A stretch of 41,562 nt of DNA from positions 1-41,562 of IMG/VR virus record IMGVR_UViG_3300027772_000058; one strand, written 5' to 3'. Position 1 is the first letter of the stretch. Each line of letters opens with the position of its first letter. This document shows positions 28,861 to 37,811 of this stretch, piece after piece. Origin of the DNA: a virus. Lineage: Duplodnaviria; Caudoviricetes. The notes below the pieces were generated by a model. It searched no databases. It was not told the origin of the DNA and saw only the letters and a list, made by a program, of their open reading frames with translations. A program made the translations under genes and the position numbers.

Positions 28861-29652
28861 ATGGCACAATCTCCATTAAACGATTTTATATCATTAGTAA
28901 AACTTGGTGGTTTAGCAAGAACTAACAGATACACTGTATTAATATCAAATCGTGGAGAAAGATCACGAGATGTATTAATGCTATGCGACCAAATTCAAAT
29001 TCCAGGAACAAACTTTAACACTTCTGATATGAGGACTTATGGTGAAACTAGAAAAGCGCCATATGAAAGATTGTTTGACGATGTTAATATGTCATTCTAT
29101 GTTGATACATCAATGGCAGTAAAAACATTTTTTGATGATTGGATAACATCAATACAAAATCCAGGTACTAGAAATTTTAATTATTACGATAATTATACTT
29201 GCGATATCGTAATTGAAGTACAAGATTTAAAAAACAATTCTAGATACGGTGTTAAGTTATATGAAGCATTCCCAAAAAGTATTGGTACAATACAATTAGA
29301 TTATGCTGGAAAAGACATAATGAAGTTATCTGTTAATTTTGCTTACAAATACTATTATGTTGGTAAATATACTACTACATATAACGAAGATCAATATGAT
29401 GGTAGTTTCTACCCATATCAATTTGAAGGCGATACACCAAGTGCATATAATCCAATTTTTATTGGAGATACTGTTGTTACTGGCATTCCTGGATATAATA
29501 ATAAGTATAATCCAGTTTTTAACGAAACTCCAAGTGCAACAAAAGTACAAAACGATCCTCTAACTAAGTTCGTGAACAGATTAAAGAATTTCGCAATCGG
29601 TGCAGTTGGTTCCAAAATTGTGACAAAAATTCCAGGTATTTTAAAGAGGTAA
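28861..29652 (+). CDS. gp54: Tail tube initiator gp54 (gp19-like fold)
   Basis: GLARTNRY, LCDQIQIPG, FFDDW, YEAFPKSIG, LSVNFAY. Confidence 0.7.
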   Translation: MAQSPLNDFISLVKLGGLARTNRYTVLISNRGERSRDVLMLCDQIQIPGTNFNTSDMRTYGETRKAPYERLFDDVNMSFYVDTSMAVKTFFDDWITSIQNPGTRNFNYYDNYTCDIVIEVQDLKNNSRYGVKLYEAFPKSIGTIQLDYAGKDIMKLSVNFAYKYYYVGKYTTTYNEDQYDGSFYPYQFEGDTPSAYNPIFIGDTVVTGIPGYNNKYNPVFNETPSATKVQNDPLTKFVNRLKNFAIGAVGSKIVTKIPGILKR

Positions 29653-29655
29653 TGT

Positions 29656-30048
29656 ATGGTAGAAGAAGTTAAAAAAGAAGAAGATTGGATGCAAAAGAAA
29701 TGGCGTCCAGCTATGGGTTGGATGTACATGGTTGTGTGTACTTGCGACTTTGTCATATTTCCTGTACTTTGGTCTATTTTACACGCAGTATTACACACAG
29801 CGAATATGGCGCAATGGAATCCGCTAACACTTCAAGGTGCTGGTTTATTTCACCTTGCTATGGGTGCTGTTCTAGGTATCGCTGCTTTTGGTCGCACGCA
29901 AGAAAAGATTGCAGGGTCAGCAGTAAATGTAACACCAACTTTACCTACACCTGCTCCAGCGCCAGTTCCAAGACCAATGTTATCAGCACAAGTATCAGTG
30001 GCTCTTGATCCTAACGATCCTCCAACTAGAAATACTCGTAACGACTAA
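29656..30048 (+). CDS. Membrane protein, putative 3TM-type holin
   Basis: WMQKKWRPAMGWMY, hydrophobic segments, MGAVLGIAAFGRTQEKI. Confidence 0.65.
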   Translation: MVEEVKKEEDWMQKKWRPAMGWMYMVVCTCDFVIFPVLWSILHAVLHTANMAQWNPLTLQGAGLFHLAMGAVLGIAAFGRTQEKIAGSAVNVTPTLPTPAPAPVPRPMLSAQVSVALDPNDPPTRNTRND

Positions 30049-30049
30049 T

Positions 30050-30466
30050 ATGAAAATTGATGATACATTATCTGAGGTATTTAATATGACACCTCAACAA
30101 AAGGAACTTGAAGTGATTGATAATACCACTGGTGAAATTGTAAAAACACCAGAAGGTAAAATTGAAACTGACTACGAAACTACTAGAGGAAATCTACGTG
30201 AACTTCTAATAACTGGTCAGAATGCTTTATATCATGCGTTAGAAGTTGCAAAACAATCTGAACACCCACGTGCTTTTGAAGTTGTGGGCAACCTTATGAA
30301 ACAACTTGCTGATGTTAACCAACAACTATTGGATATACATCTGCAGAAACAAAAACTAGATGCGCCAAAGAAAGGTGCAGGTGACAAGGTTACAAATAAC
30401 GCTATCTTTGTTGGTAGCACAGCTGAGTTGAATAAGTTAATTAAGAATATGTCTAAAGGAGAATAA
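30050..30466 (+). CDS. gp16: Terminase small subunit gp16
   Basis: DYETTRGNL, ALEVAKQSEHPRAFEV, NNAIFVGSTAEL. Start at the ATG at 30050. Confidence 0.9.
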   Translation: MKIDDTLSEVFNMTPQQKELEVIDNTTGEIVKTPEGKIETDYETTRGNLRELLITGQNALYHALEVAKQSEHPRAFEVVGNLMKQLADVNQQLLDIHLQKQKLDAPKKGAGDKVTNNAIFVGSTAELNKLIKNMSKGE

Positions 30467-30468
30467 TT

Positions 30469-31191
30469 ATGGCATTACCAGTAATGAGCACACCAACGTA
30501 CAACTTGGTGATCCCTTCAACTAAAAAAAGTGTTAAGTATCGCCCATTTTTAGTCAAAGAAGAAAAATCAATATTAATTGCGCAACAAAGTGAAGACATT
30601 GTTGTTATGGTTGATACTTTAAAAGACGTAATTAGATCTTGTATCTTAGATAAGGTAGATCCAGATTCTCTTTCTACGTTTGACCTTGAGTATATCTTTA
30701 CTCAAATTCGAGCAAAGTCTGTTGGTGAGATTATCGAATTGTTCTTCCCATGCGATGTTGATCATGGTGAACAAAATGATAAAGCAAGAGTAAAGATCTC
30801 AATTGATCTTACTAAGATTGAAGTAGAAACACCAGAAGGTCACACTAACAAGATTGACTTGTTTGGTGAAGTTGGTATTATGATGAAATATCCTACTATT
30901 GAGATTATGACTAAATTGGAAAAGACCAATTCAGATGATCTTGATAACATCTTTGATATTGTCGCTGATTGTATTGAACTAATCTACGAAGGCGATAAGA
31001 TTCATTATGCAAAAGAACAAAAGAAACAAGAACTTCTTGACTTCCTTTATAATCTAAACTCTGAGCAGTTTGTTAAGGTTCAAAACTTCTTTGCTACATT
31101 ACCAAGGATTAAAAAAGATGTAGAGTATGATTGTCCAATTTGCAATCTACATCATAAGAAAACCTTGGAGGGTATGCAAAGTTTTTTTTAA
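30469..31191 (+). CDS. gp26: Baseplate hub subunit gp26
   Basis: MALP..TPTYNLVIPST, YRPFLVKEEK, FDLEYIFTQIRAKSVGE, C-terminal CxxC and LEGMQSFF. Confidence 0.9.
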   Translation: MALPVMSTPTYNLVIPSTKKSVKYRPFLVKEEKSILIAQQSEDIVVMVDTLKDVIRSCILDKVDPDSLSTFDLEYIFTQIRAKSVGEIIELFFPCDVDHGEQNDKARVKISIDLTKIEVETPEGHTNKIDLFGEVGIMMKYPTIEIMTKLEKTNSDDLDNIFDIVADCIELIYEGDKIHYAKEQKKQELLDFLYNLNSEQFVKVQNFFATLPRIKKDVEYDCPICNLHHKKTLEGMQSFF

Positions 31192-31373
31192 TGAATCTCT
31201 GTCATGAAAACTTGGCGAACTATTATAAACTAAACTTCGCTTTGATGCAGTACCACAAATACTCTCTGGCAGAGATTGAAAATATGATACCGTTTGAGCG
31301 AGAAGTGTATGTTGCTATGTTGATTCAGTATTTAGAAGAAGAAAAACAACGAATAGAAGCAAACAAGAGATAA
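31191..31373 (+). CDS. gp51: Baseplate hub assembly protein gp51
   Basis: NYYKLNFALMQYHKYSLAEIENMIPFEREVYV. Confidence 0.9.
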   Translation: MNLCHENLANYYKLNFALMQYHKYSLAEIENMIPFEREVYVAMLIQYLEEEKQRIEANKR

Positions 31374-31378
31374 CTAAA

Positions 31379-33361
31379 ATGGCAAAAAGAAAAAGTCCAC
31401 CAAAACAAAAACCAGCTGAGCAAGGGTTTAACCTACAACAGACGATTACTCAATCAGTAGTCGCTTGGGACGATGTTGCTTTTGCTAAGTTACTTGAAAC
31501 TCAAACAATGGCTCTTGGTGAACTTACTTCTATTAAAACTCTACTGAACTTATCTAAAGAAGTTAAGAAAGCTGAAACGACATCTACTGTTGCTGCTCAA
31601 CCAGACTATTCTAAGATCCAAGAAGAAATGTTAAAAGTTGCCAAAGAGCAATTCAAAGGTAGTCGTCGTTACTGGAAAACTCAGGATGAATTTCAAGTTG
31701 AGTGGGATAAAGAAGCAAAGAATATCGCTGAGATGGCAAAAGGTATGAAGACCTTTAAAACGCTTGGCGAAAAGATGGCTGACAAAAAAGAAGGTATCAA
31801 AGAAAAATACGGTATAGCAAGTGGTGGTCTTAAGAAAACTGTTCTTGGTGCTTTAAATGTTGGTGGTGTATTTAATAAAACACTAGAACGTGATAAGTTC
31901 GTTGAGCAACAAAGAGCACTTGGTAGCACTGCTTCTACAAAAGATCTTAAGAAAGATTATGAGGGTGCCCAAGCTGCATCTAAAGCAACAAAGAAAACTG
32001 AAGCACAAATCGAAAAGATAAAAGCTGCAGCTGCAAATGGTGGTCCAGAGATAAGTGAAGAGCAGTTGAAATCATCTAATCCTGAATTTGCTAAACTATT
32101 AGAAAAGCGTCAATCAAATGCAGACGAGTTTGGTAAATATCAAAGAGCAACAGATATTTACAGCCCGACTCCAGTCAATCGCAATTTAGTTCCTACTGCT
32201 GGAGCAGCCAAGATGACTCCTGCTCAAGCAGCAAAAGTGGCAGACAAGAAAGCTACTTCTGGAATGAGTAACTTGGTGCCAACTCCTGCAGTTTCTGAAC
32301 TCGGTAAAACTCCTACCACTACTGCTGCTGAAGCAACTCAAGGTGCTGAAGAAGCTGCAGAAAATATGAAGATGACTCAACAAGAGTTAGATCTTCTCCA
32401 AACAATTGCTGAGAATACTGGTGGTGCTAATAAGAATAGTGCTGATAAGAAAACAGAACCAGCGAAAGCATCTGGTGGTGGTTTCTTAGATACTATTATG
32501 AGTTTCTTGGGCACTGGCTTAATGAAAGCATTTAAATCACTGTTAAATCCAGGAACAATTCTAAAAGCACTAGGAAGAGTATTTGCAATTGGTATGATTA
32601 TTGGTGCCTTGTTTGAAGGTGTTATGGATGGGTTTGATGAATATATGAAAACAGGTGATATCGGAGCAGCATTAATAGCTGGGCTTGCTGGTATTATTGA
32701 TTTCCTAACATTCGGTTTATTTGATAAAGAAATGATTAAAGGAATTATCGGAGACTTCAGCAAATTTATGTATACGTGGTTTGTAGAGCCATTCGTGAAG
32801 TTTTGGGGTCGTTTATTTGATGGCGTTTTTGAAGCATTCGATGTCTTTGCAAAAACAGGAGATATTGGTGCAGCACTTATGACTGGGCTTGCTGGCATTG
32901 TTGACTTCTTAACATTCGGTTTATTTGATAAAGAAAAAATAAAAGCAGTCATTGGTGATTTTGCTAAATGGATTGGAGATCATATTGTTAAACCATTTAC
33001 AGATTTTATGGGTAGTATTAAAGATAGTTTTATGGGATTCATAGAAAAAATTGGTATTCCAAAAGTTATTTTAGCAAATGCAACAAAATTAACGCCAGAA
33101 ATATCAGTTGGTCCATTTTATCCATTTAAATCTGATAAAAAACCTACTGCTGCAGCTGCTGCGCCTACTACTGCAAATCAAGTTGATGCAAAGTCTGCTG
33201 AGAATGCTGGTGCCAAAGAAACCCCTGCGCCATCTAATAAGACTAATGTGGTCAATGCTCCAGTTACTACAAATAATAATACTACTCAAGTTCAGATGAG
33301 ACCTCCAATTAGAAATGTAGAATCTTCTATAGGTAGGTATATGTCTAGTCTATTCACATAA
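31379..33361 (+). CDS. Probable tape-measure / gp29-like protein (660 aa)
   Basis: Helical, Lys/Ala-rich N-terminal half, amphipathic repeats, NVVNAP..NN tail; position after gp26/gp51. Confidence 0.55.
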   Translation: MAKRKSPPKQKPAEQGFNLQQTITQSVVAWDDVAFAKLLETQTMALGELTSIKTLLNLSKEVKKAETTSTVAAQPDYSKIQEEMLKVAKEQFKGSRRYWKTQDEFQVEWDKEAKNIAEMAKGMKTFKTLGEKMADKKEGIKEKYGIASGGLKKTVLGALNVGGVFNKTLERDKFVEQQRALGSTASTKDLKKDYEGAQAASKATKKTEAQIEKIKAAAANGGPEISEEQLKSSNPEFAKLLEKRQSNADEFGKYQRATDIYSPTPVNRNLVPTAGAAKMTPAQAAKVADKKATSGMSNLVPTPAVSELGKTPTTTAAEATQGAEEAAENMKMTQQELDLLQTIAENTGGANKNSADKKTEPAKASGGGFLDTIMSFLGTGLMKAFKSLLNPGTILKALGRVFAIGMIIGALFEGVMDGFDEYMKTGDIGAALIAGLAGIIDFLTFGLFDKEMIKGIIGDFSKFMYTWFVEPFVKFWGRLFDGVFEAFDVFAKTGDIGAALMTGLAGIVDFLTFGLFDKEKIKAVIGDFAKWIGDHIVKPFTDFMGSIKDSFMGFIEKIGIPKVILANATKLTPEISVGPFYPFKSDKKPTAAAAAPTTANQVDAKSAENAGAKETPAPSNKTNVVNAPVTTNNNTTQVQMRPPIRNVESSIGRYMSSLFT

Positions 33362-33363
33362 TG

Positions 33364-33391
33364 AAAAAAGGATCCTTGCGGATCCTTTTTT
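33364..33391. terminator. Bidirectional intrinsic terminator
   Basis: AAAAAAGGATCC-TTGC-GGATCCTTTTTT between convergent genes. Confidence 0.88.
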
Positions 33392-33409
33392 GTTTCTTAC
33401 TTAATTATG

Positions 33410-33481
33410 TTATCGATTCATTACGTACATTGTAATTTCAAAGCCATAACGCATTTCAACTGCAGTTGGTTTAGTCCACAT
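33410..33481 (-). CDS. pqqA: Pyrroloquinoline quinone precursor peptide PqqA (23 aa)
   Basis: MWTKPTAVEMRYGFEITMYVMNR*; MWxKP start and GFExxxY core; AGGAG RBS 6 nt upstream. Confidence 0.95.
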   Translation of the reverse strand: MWTKPTAVEMRYGFEITMYVMNR

Positions 33482-33505
33482 AATTAACTCCTAGAAGATT
33501 AACAG

Positions 33506-33546
33506 AAAATCCTGTCATATATACTTAGTGATAATGACAGGATTTT
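33506..33546. promoter_or_regulatory. 13-bp perfect inverted repeat upstream of pqqA
   Basis: AAAATCCTGTCAT-N15-ATGACAGGATTTT; the spacer contains CTAAGTA on the - strand. Confidence 0.6.
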
Positions 33547-33585
33547 TATCTAGTGAAAACCATTAAACAACAGTAGTGTTAACGC

Positions 33586-34500
33586 TTATTCTTCAGCTGC
33601 AATTTTCTTGAAGTAAGACATAACATCTTCGTCATCATCCACAGCTACTGCTTTTGGAGCAGGTGCTGGCTTAGAAGCAAAGGTAGGTGCTGCAGCAACT
33701 GGACGATCTTCTTGTTCAGCCATCTGAGCAGCAGACTTACCAGCGAATGTATCACCAGAAAGAACTGCGTCTAGTTTCTTCTTCAATTCATCATAAGACT
33801 TGAAGTTGCTACGATCGGTAAACTCAGACAACTTGTACTGAGCATTAACGACACGAACAATTTCTTCATCACTGTCAGCTACAGGACATGGGTCAGAAAA
33901 CACGGACTCATCATAGTTAGCGTAACCATCTTTCTTGCGCATACGCAATTTAAAGTTGGCACCTTCCCACAAATCAAACACGTTTACTGGCTTTTCATCT
34001 TCAAAGGTTGGACGAGCCTTGTCCATAATCTTATCAAAGATTTTCTTGCCAAACTTAAACAAGAATACCTTACCTTCATTCTCAGGGTGCTTTGGGTCAG
34101 ACACAATGAGTACGTTGGCAGTAAAAGACAACTTACGCTTTTGCTTACGAGCGATCTCTTTGTTAGCATCAGAACCTGAGTTCCAAAGCATAGTGTTCAA
34201 TTCACCGACTGGATCATTTTCACCAAGAGTTGTTAGAGAGTTTTCGATATACCATTTTCCAGTTGGACCTTGGAATCCGTGATTGAACATGCGAACCCAT
34301 GGGAGTTCATCGCCTTCAACACGTGGTAGGAATCGGAGAGTAGCTGTTCCGTTGCCAGCTTTATCGCCCTCTAGACGCCAGAAGCGATTGTCGTCATAAG
34401 ACTTCTTTTCGCCACTTTGTGGGTTAGAGATTTTATCAAATTCTCCAGCGATTTTGCTGAAGTCTTGATTGCGCATTTTACGGAGTGTTTGGATATCCAT
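33586..34500 (-). CDS. gp32: Single-stranded DNA-binding protein gp32
   Basis: DNRFWRLEGDKAGNGTATLRFLP, HGFQGPTGKWYIENSLTTLG, FKFGKKIFDKI, FDLWEGANFKL, acidic tail. Confidence 0.96.
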   Translation of the reverse strand: MDIQTLRKMRNQDFSKIAGEFDKISNPQSGEKKSYDDNRFWRLEGDKAGNGTATLRFLPRVEGDELPWVRMFNHGFQGPTGKWYIENSLTTLGENDPVGELNTMLWNSGSDANKEIARKQKRKLSFTANVLIVSDPKHPENEGKVFLFKFGKKIFDKIMDKARPTFEDEKPVNVFDLWEGANFKLRMRKKDGYANYDESVFSDPCPVADSDEEIVRVVNAQYKLSEFTDRSNFKSYDELKKKLDAVLSGDTFAGKSAAQMAEQEDRPVAAAPTFASKPAPAPKAVAVDDDEDVMSYFKKIAAEE

Positions 34501-34523
34501 CGTATGTTTCCTTAGTATTAATA

Positions 34524-34745
34524 TTACGGTTTATTTTTAGTATGTTGTATTTGAATCTTATCATCTAATTCAACGTCATCATTAAAGTCTTCGTCATTCA
34601 AATCATAATCTTCTTCAACATAGTTATTTATAGTTCTCATACCACCAGTCTTTCGACCATTAGCATGTCTAGCAGGTTTCCCCGAACTATTACTAGAATT
34701 CCCATCATCAAAATTCTTTGATGCTTTATAATAAGTGCGACCCAT
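34524..34745 (-). CDS. Hypothetical protein (73 aa, basic then acidic)
   Basis: Fills the gap between gp59 and gp32. Confidence 0.65.
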   Translation of the reverse strand: MGRTYYKASKNFDDGNSSNSSGKPARHANGRKTGGMRTINNYVEEDYDLNDEDFNDDVELDDKIQIQHTKNKP

Positions 34746-34746
34746 T

Positions 34747-35361
34747 TTAATCTAACTCTTCAACAAAATGTGTAAATATCTTACGTAGTTTATCTTTATC
34801 GTATTTAACGAATCCAGTCAACTTCTTAATTCGCAATAACTCATTGCTCCATATATGCTGAACAGTAGGGTTATCAAGCCAGTGTTCAACGATATGATCA
34901 AGTTCATTTATAATTACAAGAGTTTCAATTGAAATCTTATTACCAAGAAACAATTTTAATGCAGCAGGATACTCATTAAAATTAAAATCAAAGATACTAG
35001 AAGTTGGTAGTTTATTTATTTCAACATATGTCAGTAAAGACGCTAGATCATCAATAAAAATCTTAGTAATACTCTGTTTTCTTTTATTCCATTCAGCTAG
35101 ATTATCATCGGCTTCTTGACCTGCGTAAATTGCAGACTCATTACCATAAGCAAAATTTGCAACAAAGAATTGGATGATATCACGATCGTTGCCAATCTTT
35201 CTTGCCAGCTTCTCAAAAATATATCTATCATTTCTCGCTTCAAACGCTTCACGTGATCCTTTAACATTTCCTCTATTTTCGAAGACGTTAAATTTGTCAG
35301 AGGTAAAGTGTAGTTTTAATGCGAGGTAATAGCGATATGCTTTAAATCCGTCCACAATCAA
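34747..35361 (-). CDS. gp59: Helicase loader gp59
   Basis: DGFKAYRYYLALKLHFT, FEARNDRYIFEKLA, ISIETLVI. The start may be the GTG at 35355. Confidence 0.9.
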   Translation of the reverse strand: MIVDGFKAYRYYLALKLHFTSDKFNVFENRGNVKGSREAFEARNDRYIFEKLARKIGNDRDIIQFFVANFAYGNESAIYAGQEADDNLAEWNKRKQSITKIFIDDLASLLTYVEINKLPTSSIFDFNFNEYPAALKLFLGNKISIETLVIINELDHIVEHWLDNPTVQHIWSNELLRIKKLTGFVKYDKDKLRKIFTHFVEELD

Positions 35362-35609
35362 ACATCCAGTTTCGCACGCTTTGGTAAATAGTTTTCATCT
35401 TGAAAGTTTACTTCAAGTTTATCCTTGAGTGATTTATTCACAAGTTTGGCAATATCTTGAGGTTCAATAAAGTTTTCTTTACAATATTGAAGAACCGCAT
35501 CCATATAAGATATCTTTTTATCACGCACAATTTGTTCAATGTGCATAGAGAAATCATTTGAAGATTTAAAAATTGTATTTCGATCTGCAGTAACAAGAGG
35601 ATTAGACAT
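35358..35609 (-). CDS. gp33: Late transcription coactivator gp33
   Basis: FSMHIEQIV...ISYMDAVLQYCKENFIEPQDIAKLVNKSLKDKL...NYLPK. Confidence 0.88.
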   Translation of the reverse strand: MSNPLVTADRNTIFKSSNDFSMHIEQIVRDKKISYMDAVLQYCKENFIEPQDIAKLVNKSLKDKLEVNFQDENYLPKRAKLDV

Positions 35610-35814
35610 ATTTTTTAATCCAATATTCAACATTACGAATTTCTTGATTTAGTTTAGAATACTCATCAGATTTTTTCTTAAACAATTTCCATACTGGAGT
35701 GTTTGGTTTTTCGGAGTCCATCTGTTTTTCAAATTTATCTAGATACAGTGTAAAGAACTTATCTAGTTTCATCTTCTGAATTAGAAGTTCTTGGCGTTTG
35801 TTTTTGTAATCCAT
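35602..35814 (-). CDS. Hypothetical protein (70 aa)
   Basis: ORF with its own sigma70-type promoter; overlaps the gp33 start. Confidence 0.7.
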   Translation of the reverse strand: MDYKNKRQELLIQKMKLDKFFTLYLDKFEKQMDSEKPNTPVWKLFKKKSDEYSKLNQEIRNVEYWIKKYV

Positions 35815-35820
35815 AATGTA

Positions 35821-35849
35821 ATTATACCTTAGTTTTTAATAAAAGTCAA
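35821..35849 (-). promoter_or_regulatory. Sigma70-like early promoter
   Basis: TTGACT-N17-TATAAT, 6 nt before the ATG at 35814. Confidence 0.8.
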
Positions 35850-35850
35850 A

Positions 35851-36198
35851 TCAATTTCTTCGCATAGTTGCAATATCTCTTGCTTGTTCGTCAGAGAAAA
35901 CAGGAACAGCATTTGACTTGTGCATGGTGCCAATACCTTTGATAGCAGTACCAGTGTAAACTGGATTTGGTTTCTTGAAACAAGGCGCACCAGTAAATGG
36001 AAGACTTGGATGCTTAGGTGTCTCACGACAAGCAGGTTTTCCAAGTGAGTATACATCACTGAGTTGTTGCGTAGGTTTTGCAACAGTCTTTGTGGCATAC
36101 TTCTTTAACATCTTCTCCCAACTTGCATTTAACTCACGTTGTTTTGCGTTGGGTTTTTTCTTCTTAGATTTTCCGAGCGATGTAAAAAGCATTTGCAT
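35851..36198 (-). CDS. Conserved T4-like hypothetical protein (115 aa, basic)
   Basis: YTGTAIKGIGTMHKSNAVPVFS...DIATMRR motif. Confidence 0.8.
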   Translation of the reverse strand: MQMLFTSLGKSKKKKPNAKQRELNASWEKMLKKYATKTVAKPTQQLSDVYSLGKPACRETPKHPSLPFTGAPCFKKPNPVYTGTAIKGIGTMHKSNAVPVFSDEQARDIATMRRN

Positions 36199-36231
36199 AA
36201 TATAGTCTCAAAGTAGTTATTCACAGTATAT

Positions 36232-36260
36232 ATTATACCCTAAATTGATATCAAAGTAAA
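36232..36260 (-). promoter_or_regulatory. Sigma70-like early promoter
   Basis: TTTACT-N17-TATAAT in intergenic DNA upstream of 36198. Confidence 0.75.
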
Positions 36261-36293
36261 GGGAAATTTTAGAATCCCCTCAACTTTGTAGGG

Positions 36294-36503
36294 TTATTTC
36301 GCCTTTGCAGCGTATACGGTACACATTGTATTTTGCGGAGAATATGCACATTTTACTGCAACAGGGTCAATTCCCTTTACAATTGCAGACTCAATGTTTC
36401 GCTCCATAGACTTTAATTCTGTATAATTATTATACGCTAGTGAAATAATTAATGCAAGAACGCCAAGCGTAACTGCAATAATAAAACCAAGTTCTGTTTT
36501 CAT
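36294..36503 (-). CDS. Small membrane-anchored protein (69 aa)
   Basis: AAGGAG RBS, N-terminal TM segment, GIDPVAVKCAY...C. Confidence 0.75.
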   Translation of the reverse strand: MKTELGFIIAVTLGVLALIISLAYNNYTELKSMERNIESAIVKGIDPVAVKCAYSPQNTMCTVYAAKAK

Positions 36504-36519
36504 AGTTTCTCCTTAAAAT

Positions 36520-36711
36520 TTACCATGAGCCATCATCTAAAATTGCACGAACAGATAGTGGACCAATTGTAATACTAAATTGATACATTGCTGGGTCTGT
36601 ATCATTAGGTCTATCGAATCTATATGCTAGTCTCCAATGGTATGGATTTATTGCAAAACTAATCCACAAACCAGAGAATTTTAAGTAATCAAGAAAGATC
36701 TTTAATGTCAT
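36520..36711 (-). CDS. Hypothetical protein (63 aa)
   Basis: ORF overlapping the clpP end, same strand. Confidence 0.6.
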   Translation of the reverse strand: MTLKIFLDYLKFSGLWISFAINPYHWRLAYRFDRPNDTDPAMYQFSITIGPLSVRAILDDGSW

Positions 36712-37246
36712 CGCAGAGTCCTAATTTTTTTGCTTCGATTGCGCTTAACCAAATATCTTGAGGTGGCAATAGAACCTCTCTAATTTTTGCTTCAGATAAA
36801 CCAGTGCACTTCTTATAGTGTGCAATCATTTTCTTAGTTGTTAAGTCAAATTCTTTTACAGTGGCAAAAAGTTCATGTTCTTTACCAAACGCACCCCATG
36901 AGTATTGATGACTCAGAATAGAAGTGTTTGGAGTAAGTAAACGATGACCTTTTGCACCAGCAATAAAAATCATAAGTCCAGCTGATGCAACTTGGCCAAG
37001 ACCAATTGTTCTAACTGGGATTGCTGAACCTTTCATAGTATCAATTAATGCAAATGCTGCATTAAGATCACCACCTGGACTTGTAATAATTAAATTAAGT
37101 AGTTCTGGTGGTTCTTCTGAGAAGTTTGCTTCAAAAATCCACTCAACAGCAGTTTTAACGCTGGTAAGAGTAATCTCCTCCATCAGCAGCATAAAAGAGT
37201 GCTTTGTTTGTTCTTCCTTCAATTGCAGATTCATTTTTGACATCAT
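36689..37246 (-). CDS. clpP: ClpP-family protease subunit
   Basis: ITSPGG, GQVASAG (Ser), ILSHQ (His), QDIWLSAIEAKKLGLCD (Asp). Start uncertain (37258/37246/37234). Confidence 0.92.
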   Translation of the reverse strand: MMSKMNLQLKEEQTKHSFMLLMEEITLTSVKTAVEWIFEANFSEEPPELLNLIITSPGGDLNAAFALIDTMKGSAIPVRTIGLGQVASAGLMIFIAGAKGHRLLTPNTSILSHQYSWGAFGKEHELFATVKEFDLTTKKMIAHYKKCTGLSEAKIREVLLPPQDIWLSAIEAKKLGLCDDIKDLS

Positions 37247-37760
37247 TTTGTTTTCCACTTTCTTTATAAAAAATATGTCTACCTATTACAGTAGTCTTTT
37301 CGAGTTTCCATCTTGGATTAACATAATCTGCGTGATAGTACAACGCACCTTTCGTTATATCTTTCAAATTTTCATAATTTGCATAGACATAAACTGCTAC
37401 TTCTTTTGCGTCTTCATAAGCATCTTTATTTTTTATAGAGACTTTATTACAGAACCAAGAGAATTGACACACTGAAGTAGTTCGTTGTTTAACTACTCCG
37501 CATATATCTTTTGGGAATCTAGGATCTTGCATCCTATTAAGTGTGACAAGAGCGACTGCTACTTTGCCATCATTGGGTTCAAAACCTGCTTCATGATAAA
37601 TGTTATCAGCCAAACAATCAACTTGTTTTTGTGTTTCTTTGGTCAATTGATTATATGTTACATCTAACATAATTGCTGCATCAGTAAATGTATTTTTTGT
37701 CAGTAATATAATGCTCAGTATTAATAATATTATTGGTATGTATATACGATATGTACGCAT
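37155..37760 (-). CDS. SleB-like cell wall hydrolase (Hydrolase_2) with N-terminal signal/anchor
   Basis: CLADNIYHEA, AVALVTLNR..DPRFP..ICGVV, CQFSW, GALYYHADYVNPRW, IGRHIFY. Confidence 0.92.
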   Translation of the reverse strand: MRTYRIYIPIILLILSIILLTKNTFTDAAIMLDVTYNQLTKETQKQVDCLADNIYHEAGFEPNDGKVAVALVTLNRMQDPRFPKDICGVVKQRTTSVCQFSWFCNKVSIKNKDAYEDAKEVAVYVYANYENLKDITKGALYYHADYVNPRWKLEKTTVIGRHIFYKESGKQNDVKNESAIEGRTNKALFYAADGGDYSYQR

Positions 37761-37771
37761 ATGATCTCCTT

Positions 37772-37802
37772 AAAAAGAAGACAGGTGCGCAAACACCTGT
37801 CT
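37772..37802 (-). terminator. Intrinsic terminator
   Basis: AGACAGGTG-TTTGCG-CACCTGTCT then TCTTTTT. Confidence 0.8.
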
Positions 37803-37811
37803 AATTCCCTA

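Noticed and set aside
33512-33530. Pho box upstream of pqqA (CTGTCAT)
   Set aside because: The half-sites are inverted, not direct repeats with an 11-bp period.
27775-35633. ORF-track starts for gp4 (27775), gp16 (30005) and gp33 (35633)
   Set aside because: Downstream ATGs at 27805, 30050 and 35609 fit the conserved regions and gene spacing better.
35829-36098. 89-aa alternative-frame ORF
   Set aside because: It overlaps the conserved 115-aa gene and a promoter, and has no RBS or recognisable motif.
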